NCBI RefSeq assembly: GCF_000315625.1 | Contig: NW_005434596.1 | Coordinates: 1 to 62,862 of the forward strand | Source of the DNA: Guillardia theta CCMP2712 | Lineage: Eukaryota > Protista > Cryptophyta | DNA length: 62,862 nt | Reading direction: 5' to 3' | Shown here: positions 40,601 through 50,819 of the stretch, piece by piece | How positions within the stretch are numbered: the first letter of the stretch is position 1 | Layout: every line of letters begins with the position of its first letter | Notes under the pieces: model-generated | The model's input: the letters and a program-made list of their open reading frames with translations, nothing else | What the model was told of the DNA's origin: nothing | Databases searched by the model: none | Program-made: the position numbers and the translations under genes

Positions 40601-43600
40601 AGGAGGAGCCTCTCTGCCTGCTGCTTGGCATCTTGGGTGAGAGGGAAACGAAGCATCTGGGCAGCAAGAGAGGAGTAGAGGCGCAGGCGGCGGAGGAGGA
40701 TGACTGAAGTTTTTGCCTTCTTTTTCATTTTGGGCTCGTCGATCACCTTGATGTTTGACAGGGTCGCTGCCGCCACCTCCTCCATACCCGAGGACTTCCC
40801 CAGCACAAACTCGAACATGTAGGAAGCTTGATCGTCGAGAGGATCCTTGAGATGAGCCGCCAGCTGCACAATGACATCATGCTTCTTGTGTGCTCCCTTG
40901 TGATCGAACAGGCGAAACTGACTCCAAGCTCCTCCTCCTTCACCGCCTGCGATAGCCATGACTGCGCAACACATCCATTCCCTCCAGAAGCCCCGCGGGA
41001 TCTCATCTCCGCTCTTCTTTGTCTCGTACTCCTTGCTCAGCTCGAAGAACCTCCGGGTACAAACTTCTCCCACATAACGCGCAAACAGCTTCTTCCTGCA
41101 AGAGAGCGACGACGCGGCCTCGCACATCATGTCACTCCACGCGAACATCTCGAGCAAGCTCTCGTCCTGGCTGAAGGCGTCCAGACATCGGAGAATTTCG
41201 TCCTCACGTCCCTTCTCATGCTCCTCCTCCGCGTACCTGCTCAGGTCTGTGATGCTCTTCAGTTTCAGCCTGAAGTTTCTTCCCTCTTGGAAGCAAGTCA
41301 TCAAGCAGTTGATCGCGCTGTCTTGCCTCCTCCTCCCTCCGAAGAGACTCCTTGTCATCCACATCACCTTCATGCCCAGGCGTCGCACGTCAGACGAGCG
41401 ATGAGCGAGCGCAACCACCCCAAGCGCCTCCAGCATGTCCACAAGATCGTCCACCAGAGAGTCTTCTTCCCAGCTGGCCGACAGGCTCGAAACCCCCGCA
41501 AACTCGTTGACATGCATCAGCATCACCATGACGTCGCTCAGCCGCTCCTCGAAGATAGCATGCACGCAGAAGAAAAGCTCGAGGCAAGAGGATGCGAGCG
41601 ACTCTAACAGCCTCTTCATCCTCCTCGCAGCCCTGCTGACGTCATCTTCTCCCTGCAGAGTCTCGAAGAGCGAGGAGAGGAGCAAGCGCGCCATGGCGGA
41701 GAGAGCATGCGACCGGATGGTGGGGGACTCGTTCGCCGATAGTCTTGTCAGCAGGGCAATCAGCTCCTCCTCCTCCATTGCTGGCTCCATGAAGGGAACG
41801 CAAGAGAGGGCTGCTATGACGCCCTTGCTTGCCAGAGGTTTGCTGGAGGAGCTGCTGTGCGAGCTCGTCTTCTTCGTCTTGTGCTGGAGTGGGAATACCG
41901 AGATCGACCCGACCTGAAGGTCCAACTCCCTCAGAACATCCGTGAAGGAATTCTGAAGAGGAGAAGAGAAAAGTTGCCATCTGCTCCTCCACTCGTAGAG
42001 TTTCGTTCCCTCCTCCTCCTTTGCCACAGGGCTCAGCATGACGCATATCCTCTGCATCGCAAACACTCCGACAAGCCTCTGGTCGAAATCTCCTTTGAGG
42101 AACGAAGTTACAACCTCGAAGGTCCAATCGCAACCAATGAAGGACAGGATCTTGTTCTGCTCTGCAGTCAACTGGGACATCTTCAACTCGTTCGCGTATG
42201 ACATGTCGTTTCCAAAGAGGGTGATCAGATCTGCGGTCGCTTGCATAACTGCGATAGAAGTATTGCCCTTGGAGATGTTTGGCAGGTTTTCCTTGATCTT
42301 GTGCAGAGCCTGAAAGACACGAAGGCATCTCAACAGTCAACTGGAGGTCAAATATGCTCAACTCTACACACCTGACATGATTGCGGGATTTTACTTCTCT
42401 CGCAACCTGAGCATGCAGACAGGACTGTCCAGAGGCTTTCAAGGGCCATCAACTTCATCTCGCAACTGGTTTCACAACGATCAGATCTCATGCAGAACAT
42501 CCTATAGCAGGAGAACCAACCTGCTGCTCCCCTTCCCAAACACTTTGCCGAATGTTCCTGCGGTCTTTGACGAGCAGATCACATCGAAAATGTCCTTTGT
42601 CAACAACTCCGACGCTCTTTTGTCAAACTTGTCGGCCGGAAGGGCTGGGAGGAGGGCAGCCATGAGAGGAACAGCGCTGAGAGTGTACTTGTTCTTATCC
42701 TTCATCACAGCACAACGACTCCACAGCTCCTCAATAGCTGAGCCCCACGCCTTGTTGTTCAAACTCAACTTTTCCTGGCTGCTTGCAAAGTCTTTAAGAC
42801 AAGTTGAAAGGATAGCTAGTAGGTCTTGACGGAATTCCGTCTTCTTGAACTTGATGCTTTTGCTCTTGCAGAGCTCTGTCATCACTTTCAGTGCATGGAC
42901 TGACTCCACAACATTCTCTTCGCTGCAGAAGTTGAAGGAGACTGATCTGAAGAGACTGACCAGTCGCATGCCTGTCAGTGTGGTGGTCAGGTTGATCAAA
43001 GCAAGGGTAAACATCGCATCAACACCTTCAGCCTTCTCTGATGATTGCAGGTTGAGGATCGCCGACCGAAGTTTGGAGACGAACGACTGCAGACGAAAGC
43101 AGCAGATCATCGAGAGGACTTTGACCTCATTGTCATGCTCGGACTCCAACCTTTGACAACGGGCTACGATCTGATCTGTGATCTCGTCGATCAACTGGGA
43201 GTCAAGGTTCCTTCCATCAAAGGATTCCATGATGGTTGCAAACACATCCACCATCAGACCTTCTCCAAAACTTTCGATCTCAGCAACATCGCGGTTTGAG
43301 CCCGACGATTCTAGAATGCTTTTGATCTTACTAAGATGTTCGACGTCTTTCTTCTCATGAATCGTCTGCAGATGTGCTTTGAAGAGCCCATCATCCACAG
43401 TCGTTCGGACTGCATCAAACAGTGATCTCTTCCACCTCTGCAGCAAAGAAACGACAAGCTGAAGCTTTTTCTTCGCCAAAGTGTTTAAGTTATGCAAACA
43501 CCTGTCGAATGCAAGATGGATGTCTTCATTTCGCGCCGGAACCTTCAATCCCGCTGCAGAGAAAATTTTCTCTTCGGCGATTTCAATGAAACCATCAACA

Positions 43601-43647
43601 ATCCTTCTTTCCAGTACAGTGAGTGAATCTTGTGTACTGTTAGCCAT
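37631..43647 (-). CDS. FRY: Furry/MOR2/TAO3-like cell morphogenesis scaffold (HEAT/ARM repeats)
   Basis: Three same-strand ORFs (42502-43722, 37957-42333, 37631-37972). C-terminal PELFWSSIALL..DVY and YEGIKPLLLKG match the MOR2-PAG1 C domain as I recall it. Confidence 0.7.
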
Positions 43648-44554
43648 GATTCTTGGTGATATTCGAATCAGATATTGTGAACTTCCAGCATTTTGACCTG
43701 AATAACAAGTTACTATATGCATGCTTGAAATTGCTGCTTTTCAATCCAAGATTAAAAATTTCTTGAGTCTCAATCATAGAAGCAATCTGAATGGTTTGAA
43801 CACACAAATTATGTTCGAGACATCTTGTAACTTTATATCCTTCCTCTTCGGCTACGATGCAAGAAATGGAACCTGTGTATCCCTCTTTTATCCTTCTTGT
43901 CTTCTAGCTGCATCCCATTCTCCCCCTCATCCTGTCTTTCTCCCTTCCTGGATTTCTTTCCCTCTCCTCCCATCTTCTCGTCCCTTCCCCTAAGGAAGCG
44001 CTTCCTTGCCCTTACACTGGCACGCCATTTCAAAATCCCACTTAGGTACCCCCACCTACTGAATTCCTGTTCAAACCACCGGTGAATTTAAACCTACCCT
44101 ACCTTATTTTCCTGGTAGAAGCAGGGGTAGGTACTCTGAAACGCACTGAGGAAATGTATGCTCCGACTGGGATGCCTCTGACAGTGACTGGATGAGAACA
44201 GCTGGCCTGATGTTGACCCGAACTCAGATACATGTCTTACTCACAGGTAAGGTACGAGTTGACTACACATGTGATGCACACGTTTTGGTCTTGACGGAAG
44301 TCATTCGGAATAGATGCTCACTGTTCATGGAACATTGATCTATATCTACAATTCATCTCTTCTTCCAGGTGTATGTGGTTGGTCCGCTTGGGAAGAGAGA
44401 ATAAAACGGCATTAACAAGGTCAAAGAGAAATTCATGCATTAACTTATATACATAGAGACACACAAGTTGATGATAAAAGGTATTAAGGATCTTCAGCCC
44501 ACAGCGCTGGCACTTGCCTGTGAACTAGTCAAGGCATATATGTCGCAGATCGCG

Positions 44555-46474
44555 TCATACCGCTTCACTTGTGTCTGGATCGGATTGAGTGGAAATTGTG
44601 CCAATGAGCCCAGAGGATTCTGACTGTAATACACTGGCTCTACGCCTGCTTGATGAGTCATATCGCAAGAAAGGTATCAACACAGGTGTACCTCCTGCAA
44701 ATCCGTTGCTGTATTGCGTTTGTGTGGGTGAGGGGGTCAACTGCTTGGGCATGTAATGGTCTCGGGGAATTGCATATCCATTCTGATTTGTGTAGGACTG
44801 ATTTTCTGACAGAGCTCCAGTCGTATCGTACCTGTTGACGATCCCATCAACAACAAGGTAATATGCAATGATGCTACTCACTTCATGGTGTCATTTCGAA
44901 ACTGCTGTGCCTTGCCTGTAAGAGAATGGCTAGTCTCTAGAGAGTACGAGTAGACGTTCCCTGAGTGAGAGTATTGAGGAGTCTCTACGGCTTCAATCTC
45001 ACCTGTTCATCACCCATCAGAAGACTATGTACACAAGAAGCAAACACAATACCTTGATAGTATTCATCATCCATCGGAACTTCAGTTATGCGGGGCTGTT
45101 CGAAGTTTGATAGCACTGTCGTAAAGTGGCTCAGGGCAGGACAAATAGAGCTGGCAAGGAACAAGGCCCAAAGAAGCGAACCGAACCCCTCCAGAGCAAT
45201 ATGACCATTTTGATAGAAGTAGAGGAGGACGATGTAGCTGATCTCGCTTCCTTGCCCCCATATCAATCCAGCAAGGATGGACTTCGAGATGACCTGCTTC
45301 TCACGGAACATGAGCCCGAAGGATACCATCCCAACACCGAACAAAGTGCCCAAGATCCCCGCGACAGACACCTCAATGCCCGCACTGATGGCCTCACCCC
45401 TGTTACCCATGGAATTCGGCATGAGGAAACCAAGAGAGCAAGAGAAGAAAATCCGATATAGCCAAGGGCCGATGTTCTTTGTATTCTTCTCCCAAATATC
45501 TCTTGCGCTCTGTATCTTGGAAAAGCTCAGCCCACCAACAAATACTCCGACAATGTATGGCACTTGGACTACCTCGGCTGCGAGGCCACATCCAACTCCT
45601 GTACAGATCATGAAGACCATTATGACAGATTCATGCAGCTTGAAAGTTTCATCTGTCTTTTTCTCGATTGCCAGTAGTTGTATAAGTGGAGGGCAGCAAA
45701 GGAAATTCCAACAAAGCGTCAGGACAACACAACCGATCAAGAACACCAACGAGAAGAGTAATGGTTGCAGTATATTCCACCACTGACCCACAGGCTGCTC
45801 ATTCAATAGTGGGATTGTTCCATTAAGAAGAGATAGCAAAACCATTCCAATCATAACTCCAATAGTGGTCGAACCTGAAATAGTCTCATTGAAGATTTCA
45901 TCCCCTTCAATCAAATTTGATAATTTCTTTTTTGACCAGCCAAACTCAACAATTCCGCAAACAGGTATTGAGAATGCTAATGACGCGCAAACACTCTCAG
46001 TCATCGAGTGCCCTTTCAATCGAAAGACGAGGGCAATCCAGAACATAGACACTGTAAGAGAGAGGTTTGCTAGTGCAATGCTACGTGGAAACTGCTTCAC
46101 TGCAAACAGAAAGTCAGACGATCGCCTGAATTTTCGTTCTCAAGCAGGAATGACCTATATCGTCAAGTTTTGATGTGAGCCCTTTCTCGAAGATGATGTA
46201 GACTGCTCCGAGCTGCCCCATCATAGCAAAGGCTTCCGGGTAGGGTACAATGTTGTAGTGCATCGGTCCAAGGAAGAACCCTGCGATGGTTTCTCCGACA
46301 TGCGTCGGTCCCGTGAACACCAGATACGTGATATATCCCCACACATCCGCAAGCAACCAGAATGCTCCCAGCCTGTTTGATACGTTGAGTATTCCGTCTG
46401 ATAAATATGGATGCATACTTGCTGACTTGATACAGATGCAAAGGAGGCCAAGTGGAGACTAAACTCACGGCCAT
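44555..46474 (-). CDS. Cation/H+ antiporter (CPA2-type Na+,K+/H+ exchanger family)
   Basis: Many TM helices. Motifs VGETIAGFFLGP, GQLGAVYIIFEKGL, IVGVFVGGLSF, IFFSCSLG and GQGSEISY. Confidence 0.78.
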
Positions 46475-47175
46475 CACTTCAGTTCGATTCAGAGCAAGAT
46501 TCAAGGAGATGAATTGAAGTGAAACATCTGGATATGAAACGTTAGAAAACAAGTGCTTCTGTTTTGCATTTCTGATACGAAACGACAAATTGATTTAAAT
46601 CATTGGCATCTTACCCGTACACAGAAACGATCCTTCTTGAAGACTTGCTGAAAATCAAAATGTTCAGGATGACACACAAGTATCTCAGTTGATAACGATA
46701 AAACATCGTTTGAATTCCACCCATCTTGAGGCGAACGAAAGGAAATTCCAAACACTTCTCGATAGGGGGTTTTGCATGAAATATGGAAGGATAGTAAGAG
46801 CAAACTTTGAAAGATGTGAATGAGTTCATCGAGCAGTGCATGGAAAGCTAAGCATGAGAGCTGCATGCAAAGGGCGCTTGATCTACTGAAAGCAGCGCAT
46901 TTCCTCGTCATTGCAACGGTTTCAGCATTGTAGAGTGAAAGTGTAGGTCCTGGCCCCATCGTTATTTGAAGGGGTGGGTGGTTTTACGTGGTAGATTGAA
47001 AGAGGGTAATGGGGTGCTATTGAGGGGTCCATGTCTCTGGATTGAAATGGTATCGAATGGGTAGGGTGGGTTGAGAGGACCTGCTGGGGGGATGAAAGTA
47101 AAGTAGACTGAGATGTGAAGGGGTAGGGGTAGTCGTTGACCGGGACAAGTTTGAATTTGAAACTACAGGAGCCTC

Positions 47176-47293
47176 CGGCGAGCGGCCACGAGTGATTTCT
47201 CAGTCAGCCTCCTTTCAAGCCTCAGACAAAAAAAGGTGGCACGAAAAGTACGCCGGTTTAATTCATCAAGTTAGAGCACCGGCAGTACTATAA
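47176..47293 (+). repeat. ~120-bp dispersed repeat abutting the Fanzor left end
   Basis: Inverted match to 9259-9380. Homology stops at the TA(A) at 47291-47293. Confidence 0.95.
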
Positions 47294-47473
47294 TGGTTAA
47301 GTGACACACTATGACCAATGGTGACCCAAAAATTAGAATCTCAAAAAAAACGTCGAAATCGCGGTGTGGTGCAAACCCCGAACGGTAAAACAACAAAGGA
47401 GCAACGAGAATATAGAATGTTGTGATTAAAAAAAAAGAACATCCCTGCAAATCCACCTGTACAAATCAATTCT

Positions 47474-47957
47474 TCCGAAGTCTAAACACCCGTCTGTTTA
47501 TCTATCAAAGTAGAAGTAGGGGTGGGTACCAGGTTTGTGGCTCAACAAACTTCGAATATTTCCCGCCTTCCGAAGTTCCCGCCTTCCCGCCTTCATCCGA
47601 AGTCTAACTACCCGTTTGTTTATCTTTCGAACTTGAGTAGGGGTGGGTACCAGGTTTGTGGCCTTCCCGCCTTCCCGCCTTCATCCGAAGTCTAACTACC
47701 CGTTTGTTATCTGTCGAACTTGGGTAGGGGTGGGTACCAGGTTTGTGGCTCAACAAACTTCGAATATTTCCCGCCTTCCGAAGTTCCCGCCTTCCCGCCT
47801 TCATCCGAAGTCTAACTACCCGTTTGTTTATCTGTCGAACTTGAGTAGGGGTGGGTACCAGGTTTGTGGCCTTCCCGCCTTCCCGCCTTCATCTGAAGTC
47901 TAACTACCCGTTTGTTATCTGTCGAACTTGAGTAGGGGTGGGTACCAGGTTTGTGGC
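47474..47957 (+). repeat. Higher-order tandem array: five ~66-bp cores with alternating 54-bp and 21-bp linkers (period ~208 bp)
   Basis: Cores TCCGAAGTCTAACTACCCGTTTGTT..GTAGGGGTGGGTACCAGGTTTGTGGC begin at 47474, 47596, 47684, 47804 and 47892. Confidence 0.97.
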
Positions 47958-48133
47958 TCTGTAAAGATTTCCCCGCCCTCCCGCCTTCTCTCCCTCCCTC
48001 CCATCCTCCCTCCCGCCTTCTCTCCCTCCCTCCCATCCTCCCTCCCGCCTTCCATCACTCCCTTCTTCCCGCCCTCCCTCCCTCCCTCCCTCATTCCCGC
48101 CTTCCGAAGCTCCCGCGTTCACCCTGATCAAAT

Positions 48134-50062
48134 ATGGGGAAAAGGAAAAGAGGAAAACAAAGAAAGTCTTGTTCTGATTCACAGACGACTGTCAAGATGT
48201 GTTTGAAAAAACATCTCAAACAACACACAATGATCGGTGTGATTGATGATTGGGTGAAACATATAAGCAAAATAAGCCATCGAGGTAGCATCATCTTCAA
48301 TCATCTATTGTTATGGTGTTTTGAGAAGGATTCAATGCAATGTGATGATACGTACATTACAAGGCTGTTTGATCAGATATACAATCGTACTAGAAAAGTA
48401 ACAGACAAAGAAAAAGAAGAAGGGATGCAAGAAGATACGGTCAAGACCAATGGTGGAGATAAAGTTTTCTTTCGGACCTGTTTTCTGATGGGTGAAAAAC
48501 GCAGAGGTAATGCAATTCAGTTTGATATTTTAGACGAGTTTTGGCAAGAAAAAGGGAACAAGTATCCACCAATACAACGCAGGAAAGAAGGGGATATTCG
48601 AGTACTGTACTATTCTGCTGATCAATATGCAACAAATTTCCAAAATTACATATTCTATACGATGGGACAAAAACAGACTAGATACATAAAGGAATGGGGA
48701 AAGCTCAATGGGATTTCTTCAGAAAAGGAGATACAGGATATACGGAATGCAGTAAACGGATGGAGCTTTCCACCAAAAACTCGTGTTCTCGAAAGACAGG
48801 ATGTCATTGATTTCATAAGGGAACAAAAAGAGATCATTGGATGGGACAATCATTATAACTTGTCATGGGCCCGTGACAAAATCAAGAAAAACCCTGATCA
48901 GCAAAAATGGATGCAATTACACATGCCAAATCTTGTCAAGTACCATTTTTCGGTTCTGAGGTTTTTGGAGATTCATGATATATCTGATCGATACACGATC
49001 GCTCCGATTTTTCAGATACGCAAACAATTTATTCGCGTAGACATTTGGGGTTTATTCTACATCATGGATCAATCTGGTCTGTTGCAATATTCAAAGGGTG
49101 GGAAAAGCAAATGCATGAAAAAGTTCACACAACAAAAACATAAGCGATTCTTGTCGGTGTTGAAGCTACAATCAAATTTGAGAAAGAAAGGGACAGTTGA
49201 TAGCATACAGACTGACGGAGTCGCACTCTGTGTGACGTTCAAGAAGAGAATACACAATGAGACAGACAATACTACTACAAAGAAAAGCAAAACAAGAGAT
49301 TGTGATGTGTCCTCAAGACGAGTTATTGCAATCGATCCTGGTCGCAATGTACTGATATGCGGTGTCGAGCAAATACCTGGTCAAGAAAAACCAAAGCAGT
49401 ATCGATATACTCGAAGGCAGTACTATCATGAGTCTCATATTACTCGGAATAACGCCAAGTTAGAAAAATGGAGACAAGGCATAACAGAGGAATCAAACGA
49501 TATTGCAAGAGTGTCAGCAAAAACGTCTCGGTTGGATCACTTTGAAAGATACATCGACACCGTGGTGAGACTAAGCGAGATCCTGTTCGAACACAATTGT
49601 CAAAACAAGTTCGCACGCCTGAAGATGGATAACTACATCCACAAACACAAGGCGATTGATACGTTCTTCAAGAAGATGAAAGGTAATGGGACAGATCAAA
49701 ATCCAATAATTGCATACGGTGATGCATCATTCGGTTGTACTGGGCGTGGAGAGAAGTCAGTGCCTGTAAAATGGATCAAAAGGCGATGTCAGAACTTCTT
49801 CGAGGTGACGGCAGTTGATGAATACAGAACGACAAAATGTTGCAATCAATGTCATCAAGAATTGTATGATTTGAGACGCAAACAAATCAACAAGAATGGT
49901 ATACTTGCTGACGAAGTGTCAGTGGTGCGGGGTTTGAAATGGTGCAGATCCACCAATTGTGTTCAAAACCGTATCAAGTCTCGTGATGTCAATGCTGCTA
50001 TGAATATTCTATTGTGCTACATGTCTCTACCAGCACGACCAGATTTTCTGAAACGGCCTTGA
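48134..50062 (+). CDS. Fz1: Fanzor (probably Fanzor1): TnpB/Cas12-related RNA-guided RuvC endonuclease, 642 aa
   Basis: TDGVALC motif; RuvC-I IAIDPG (D401); IAYGDASF; rearranged RuvC-II VDEYRTTK (E563); Zn finger C570xxC573..C604x4C609; RuvC-III RDVNAAMNI (D618); tail RPDFLKRP. The ORF is intronless, AT-rich, and has a basic NLS-like N-terminus. Confidence 0.93.
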   Translation: MGKRKRGKQRKSCSDSQTTVKMCLKKHLKQHTMIGVIDDWVKHISKISHRGSIIFNHLLLWCFEKDSMQCDDTYITRLFDQIYNRTRKVTDKEKEEGMQEDTVKTNGGDKVFFRTCFLMGEKRRGNAIQFDILDEFWQEKGNKYPPIQRRKEGDIRVLYYSADQYATNFQNYIFYTMGQKQTRYIKEWGKLNGISSEKEIQDIRNAVNGWSFPPKTRVLERQDVIDFIREQKEIIGWDNHYNLSWARDKIKKNPDQQKWMQLHMPNLVKYHFSVLRFLEIHDISDRYTIAPIFQIRKQFIRVDIWGLFYIMDQSGLLQYSKGGKSKCMKKFTQQKHKRFLSVLKLQSNLRKKGTVDSIQTDGVALCVTFKKRIHNETDNTTTKKSKTRDCDVSSRRVIAIDPGRNVLICGVEQIPGQEKPKQYRYTRRQYYHESHITRNNAKLEKWRQGITEESNDIARVSAKTSRLDHFERYIDTVVRLSEILFEHNCQNKFARLKMDNYIHKHKAIDTFFKKMKGNGTDQNPIIAYGDASFGCTGRGEKSVPVKWIKRRCQNFFEVTAVDEYRTTKCCNQCHQELYDLRRKQINKNGILADEVSVVRGLKWCRSTNCVQNRIKSRDVNAAMNILLCYMSLPARPDFLKRP

Positions 50063-50240
50063 ATCACACATGGGTCTGGTTATACTTCAACCTGTTCTTC
50101 ATAGAAAGGATGAAGTACGAGTCAGACACAAGGAAATATTGGCGTGTGGGTCTTCAATGATCCATAATTTCGACGGAAAATTTAGAATTTTGAAATTTTA
50201 TGTTTTGTGTCGTTTAGCTAATACAGGAGCCTCATACCCA
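50063..50240 (+). ncRNA. Putative Fanzor omega-RNA (scaffold to ~50223, guide from flanking DNA)
   Basis: Hand folding gives a long hairpin at 50071-50130, a closing stem TATTGGC(50137)/GCTAATA(50217), and internal hairpins at 50146-50165 and 50171-50212. The position between stop codon and right end is typical. Confidence 0.7.
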
Positions 50241-50819
50241 CTTACGACCATGGGGTACCCCTTCTAGAACACCAGAAAGCATGTTTCATTTCATTCTGCT
50301 CAAGGAAAGACAGCAGTCAACTTGTAGGGCTACTTGTACATTTCCTCATGCTGGAGGACAGCAGACCCGGTCTGGTCAGCTGCTGGTCAGACTGCCGCAT
50401 GTTACAAATGTTGAGCTGCTAGGCTTCATAGCAGTTGTTGGTTGTACGTCGTTCTGACTGAACTTCTCTGATGTTTCATGAGGAAAGGGTTCAGTGAATG
50501 TTTGTAATCTGCGCGACACTGGCAAGCAAGCTAGACGCAGAGGCGAGATACATGATCCGCGGAACGGGATGTACGTTCAAGATTTCGTCATGTTCATTGG
50601 AAACGTTGAACCATCAGGGTGAGAAATCACTTAATAATATCCACTAACACACACAAACACGCACGCACGCACACACAAAAGAGAGGGAGAGAAAGAGACA
50701 GTTCTGCTGCTCCAGCTGTTGGTGAGCAAGCTGCCATAGGTTGCTTCTTGTCTCATCTTCCCCCTTATATCGCCATCTCGACGACATGGACGAGTGAGGT
50801 CGGGGGGACGCGAGAGGCT

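Larger units (their letters stand above)
47293..50221 (+). mobile_element. Non-autonomous Fanzor transposon with TA-flanked imperfect TIRs and no transposase ORF
   Basis: Left end TA|ATGGTTAAGTGACACA (47291-47308) versus reverse complement of the right end TA|TTAGCTAAACGACACA (50206-50223): 13/18 identical. A second inverted block is CGTCGAAAT (47351) / ATTTCGACG (50167). Confidence 0.7.

Noticed and set aside
44155-44410. Small spliced gene (GTAAGG donor at 44247, acceptor at ~44369)
   Set aside because: The splice signals are plausible, but no recognisable or substantial reading frame could be supported.
47297-47301. TTAAG as the TAM/left boundary (matches the GtFz1 TAM as recalled)
   Set aside because: It lies inside the left TIR-like sequence. 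The TA at 47291-47292 fits both the TIR alignment and the repeat breakpoint better. Not fully excluded without aligning other copies.
47474-47957. CRISPR array next to a Cas12-like gene
   Set aside because: The linkers are two alternating recurring sequences rather than unique spacers, the repeats are ~66 bp, there is no cas1/cas2, and the context is eukaryotic.
47604-48300. Short ORFs upstream of the Fanzor as a transposase
   Set aside because: They are translations of the repeat array and pyrimidine tract, with no DDE, HUH or serine-recombinase motifs.
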